Positions 63,561 through 64,000 of a DNA stretch of 64,000 nt are shown here, piece after piece. Under the pieces are notes generated by a model, which saw only the letters and a list, made by a program, of their open reading frames with translations, searched no databases and had not been told where the DNA came from. How positions within the stretch are numbered: position 1 is the stretch's first letter; each line of letters opens with the position of its first letter. Made by a program: the position numbers and the translations under genes. Source of the DNA: Octopus bimaculoides (lineage: Eukaryota); the NCBI RefSeq assembly GCF_001194135.2, contig NC_068991.1, positions 16,272,438-16,336,437 of the forward strand, written 5' to 3'.

Positions 63561-64000
63561 TTGTAAACTTGTATCAGCTGGATTTTCAAAAATTGTTCAC
63601 GAAGCCTCAGGTTGACTGAATCCTTCTGATCAGAATTGGTAAATGGAAATTGAGAAGCGTGTGTGTGTGTGTGCATGCATATGTGCGTGTGCATGCATAT
63701 GTGCATGTATGTATGCATGTGCGTGTGTGTGTGTGTGTGTGTAAATACATGCACACACAGAACAGCTTCCACCCAGTTTCTGTCTACCAAATTCACTCAT
63801 AAGATATTTGTCAGCTGAGAGCTATAGCGGAAGACAAGATGCCGTGCACACACACACACGCACATGTGTGCGTGTGTGTGTGTTCTTTCCATGCATACTT
63901 AATGCTACTTAAAGAAAAAGCAGCGTTTACATTCTCTGGTTTACAGGCTTCCCCCATAGTTTCATCATCTCATTTCATCATCTCATGTGAGAACCAGATG

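Noticed and set aside
1-64000. CRISPR arrays, rRNA genes or prokaryotic systems
   Set aside because: None seen; the window is eukaryotic intronic/intergenic DNA.

Overview
AT-rich, repeat-dense eukaryotic DNA with many N gaps and microsatellites. It is most likely a coleoid cephalopod (Octopus-like); this is inferred from the SINE/MITE landscape and TTAGGG repeats. One known gene is recognisable: coding exon 1 of LMF2 (36635-36728, +), whose first intron runs past the window end. Most of the window is tRNA-derived SINEs, Tc1/mariner, piggyBac-like and Mutator-like MITEs, and fossil CR1, RTE and Helitron coding fragments. The most interesting signal is upstream of LMF2 on the minus strand. Three pairs of locally duplicated short segments each carry splice signals and compatible phases, and together spell a candidate ~58-aa secreted peptide precursor (signal peptide / pro-region / C-terminal Gly-stop) that is too fragmented to appear in the ORF track. 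Also notable are a THAP+SAP two-gene DNA transposon nested in the TIR of a long-TIR MITE (target site reconstructable), and two fold-back elements built from telomeric repeats, one with a 9-bp TSD.
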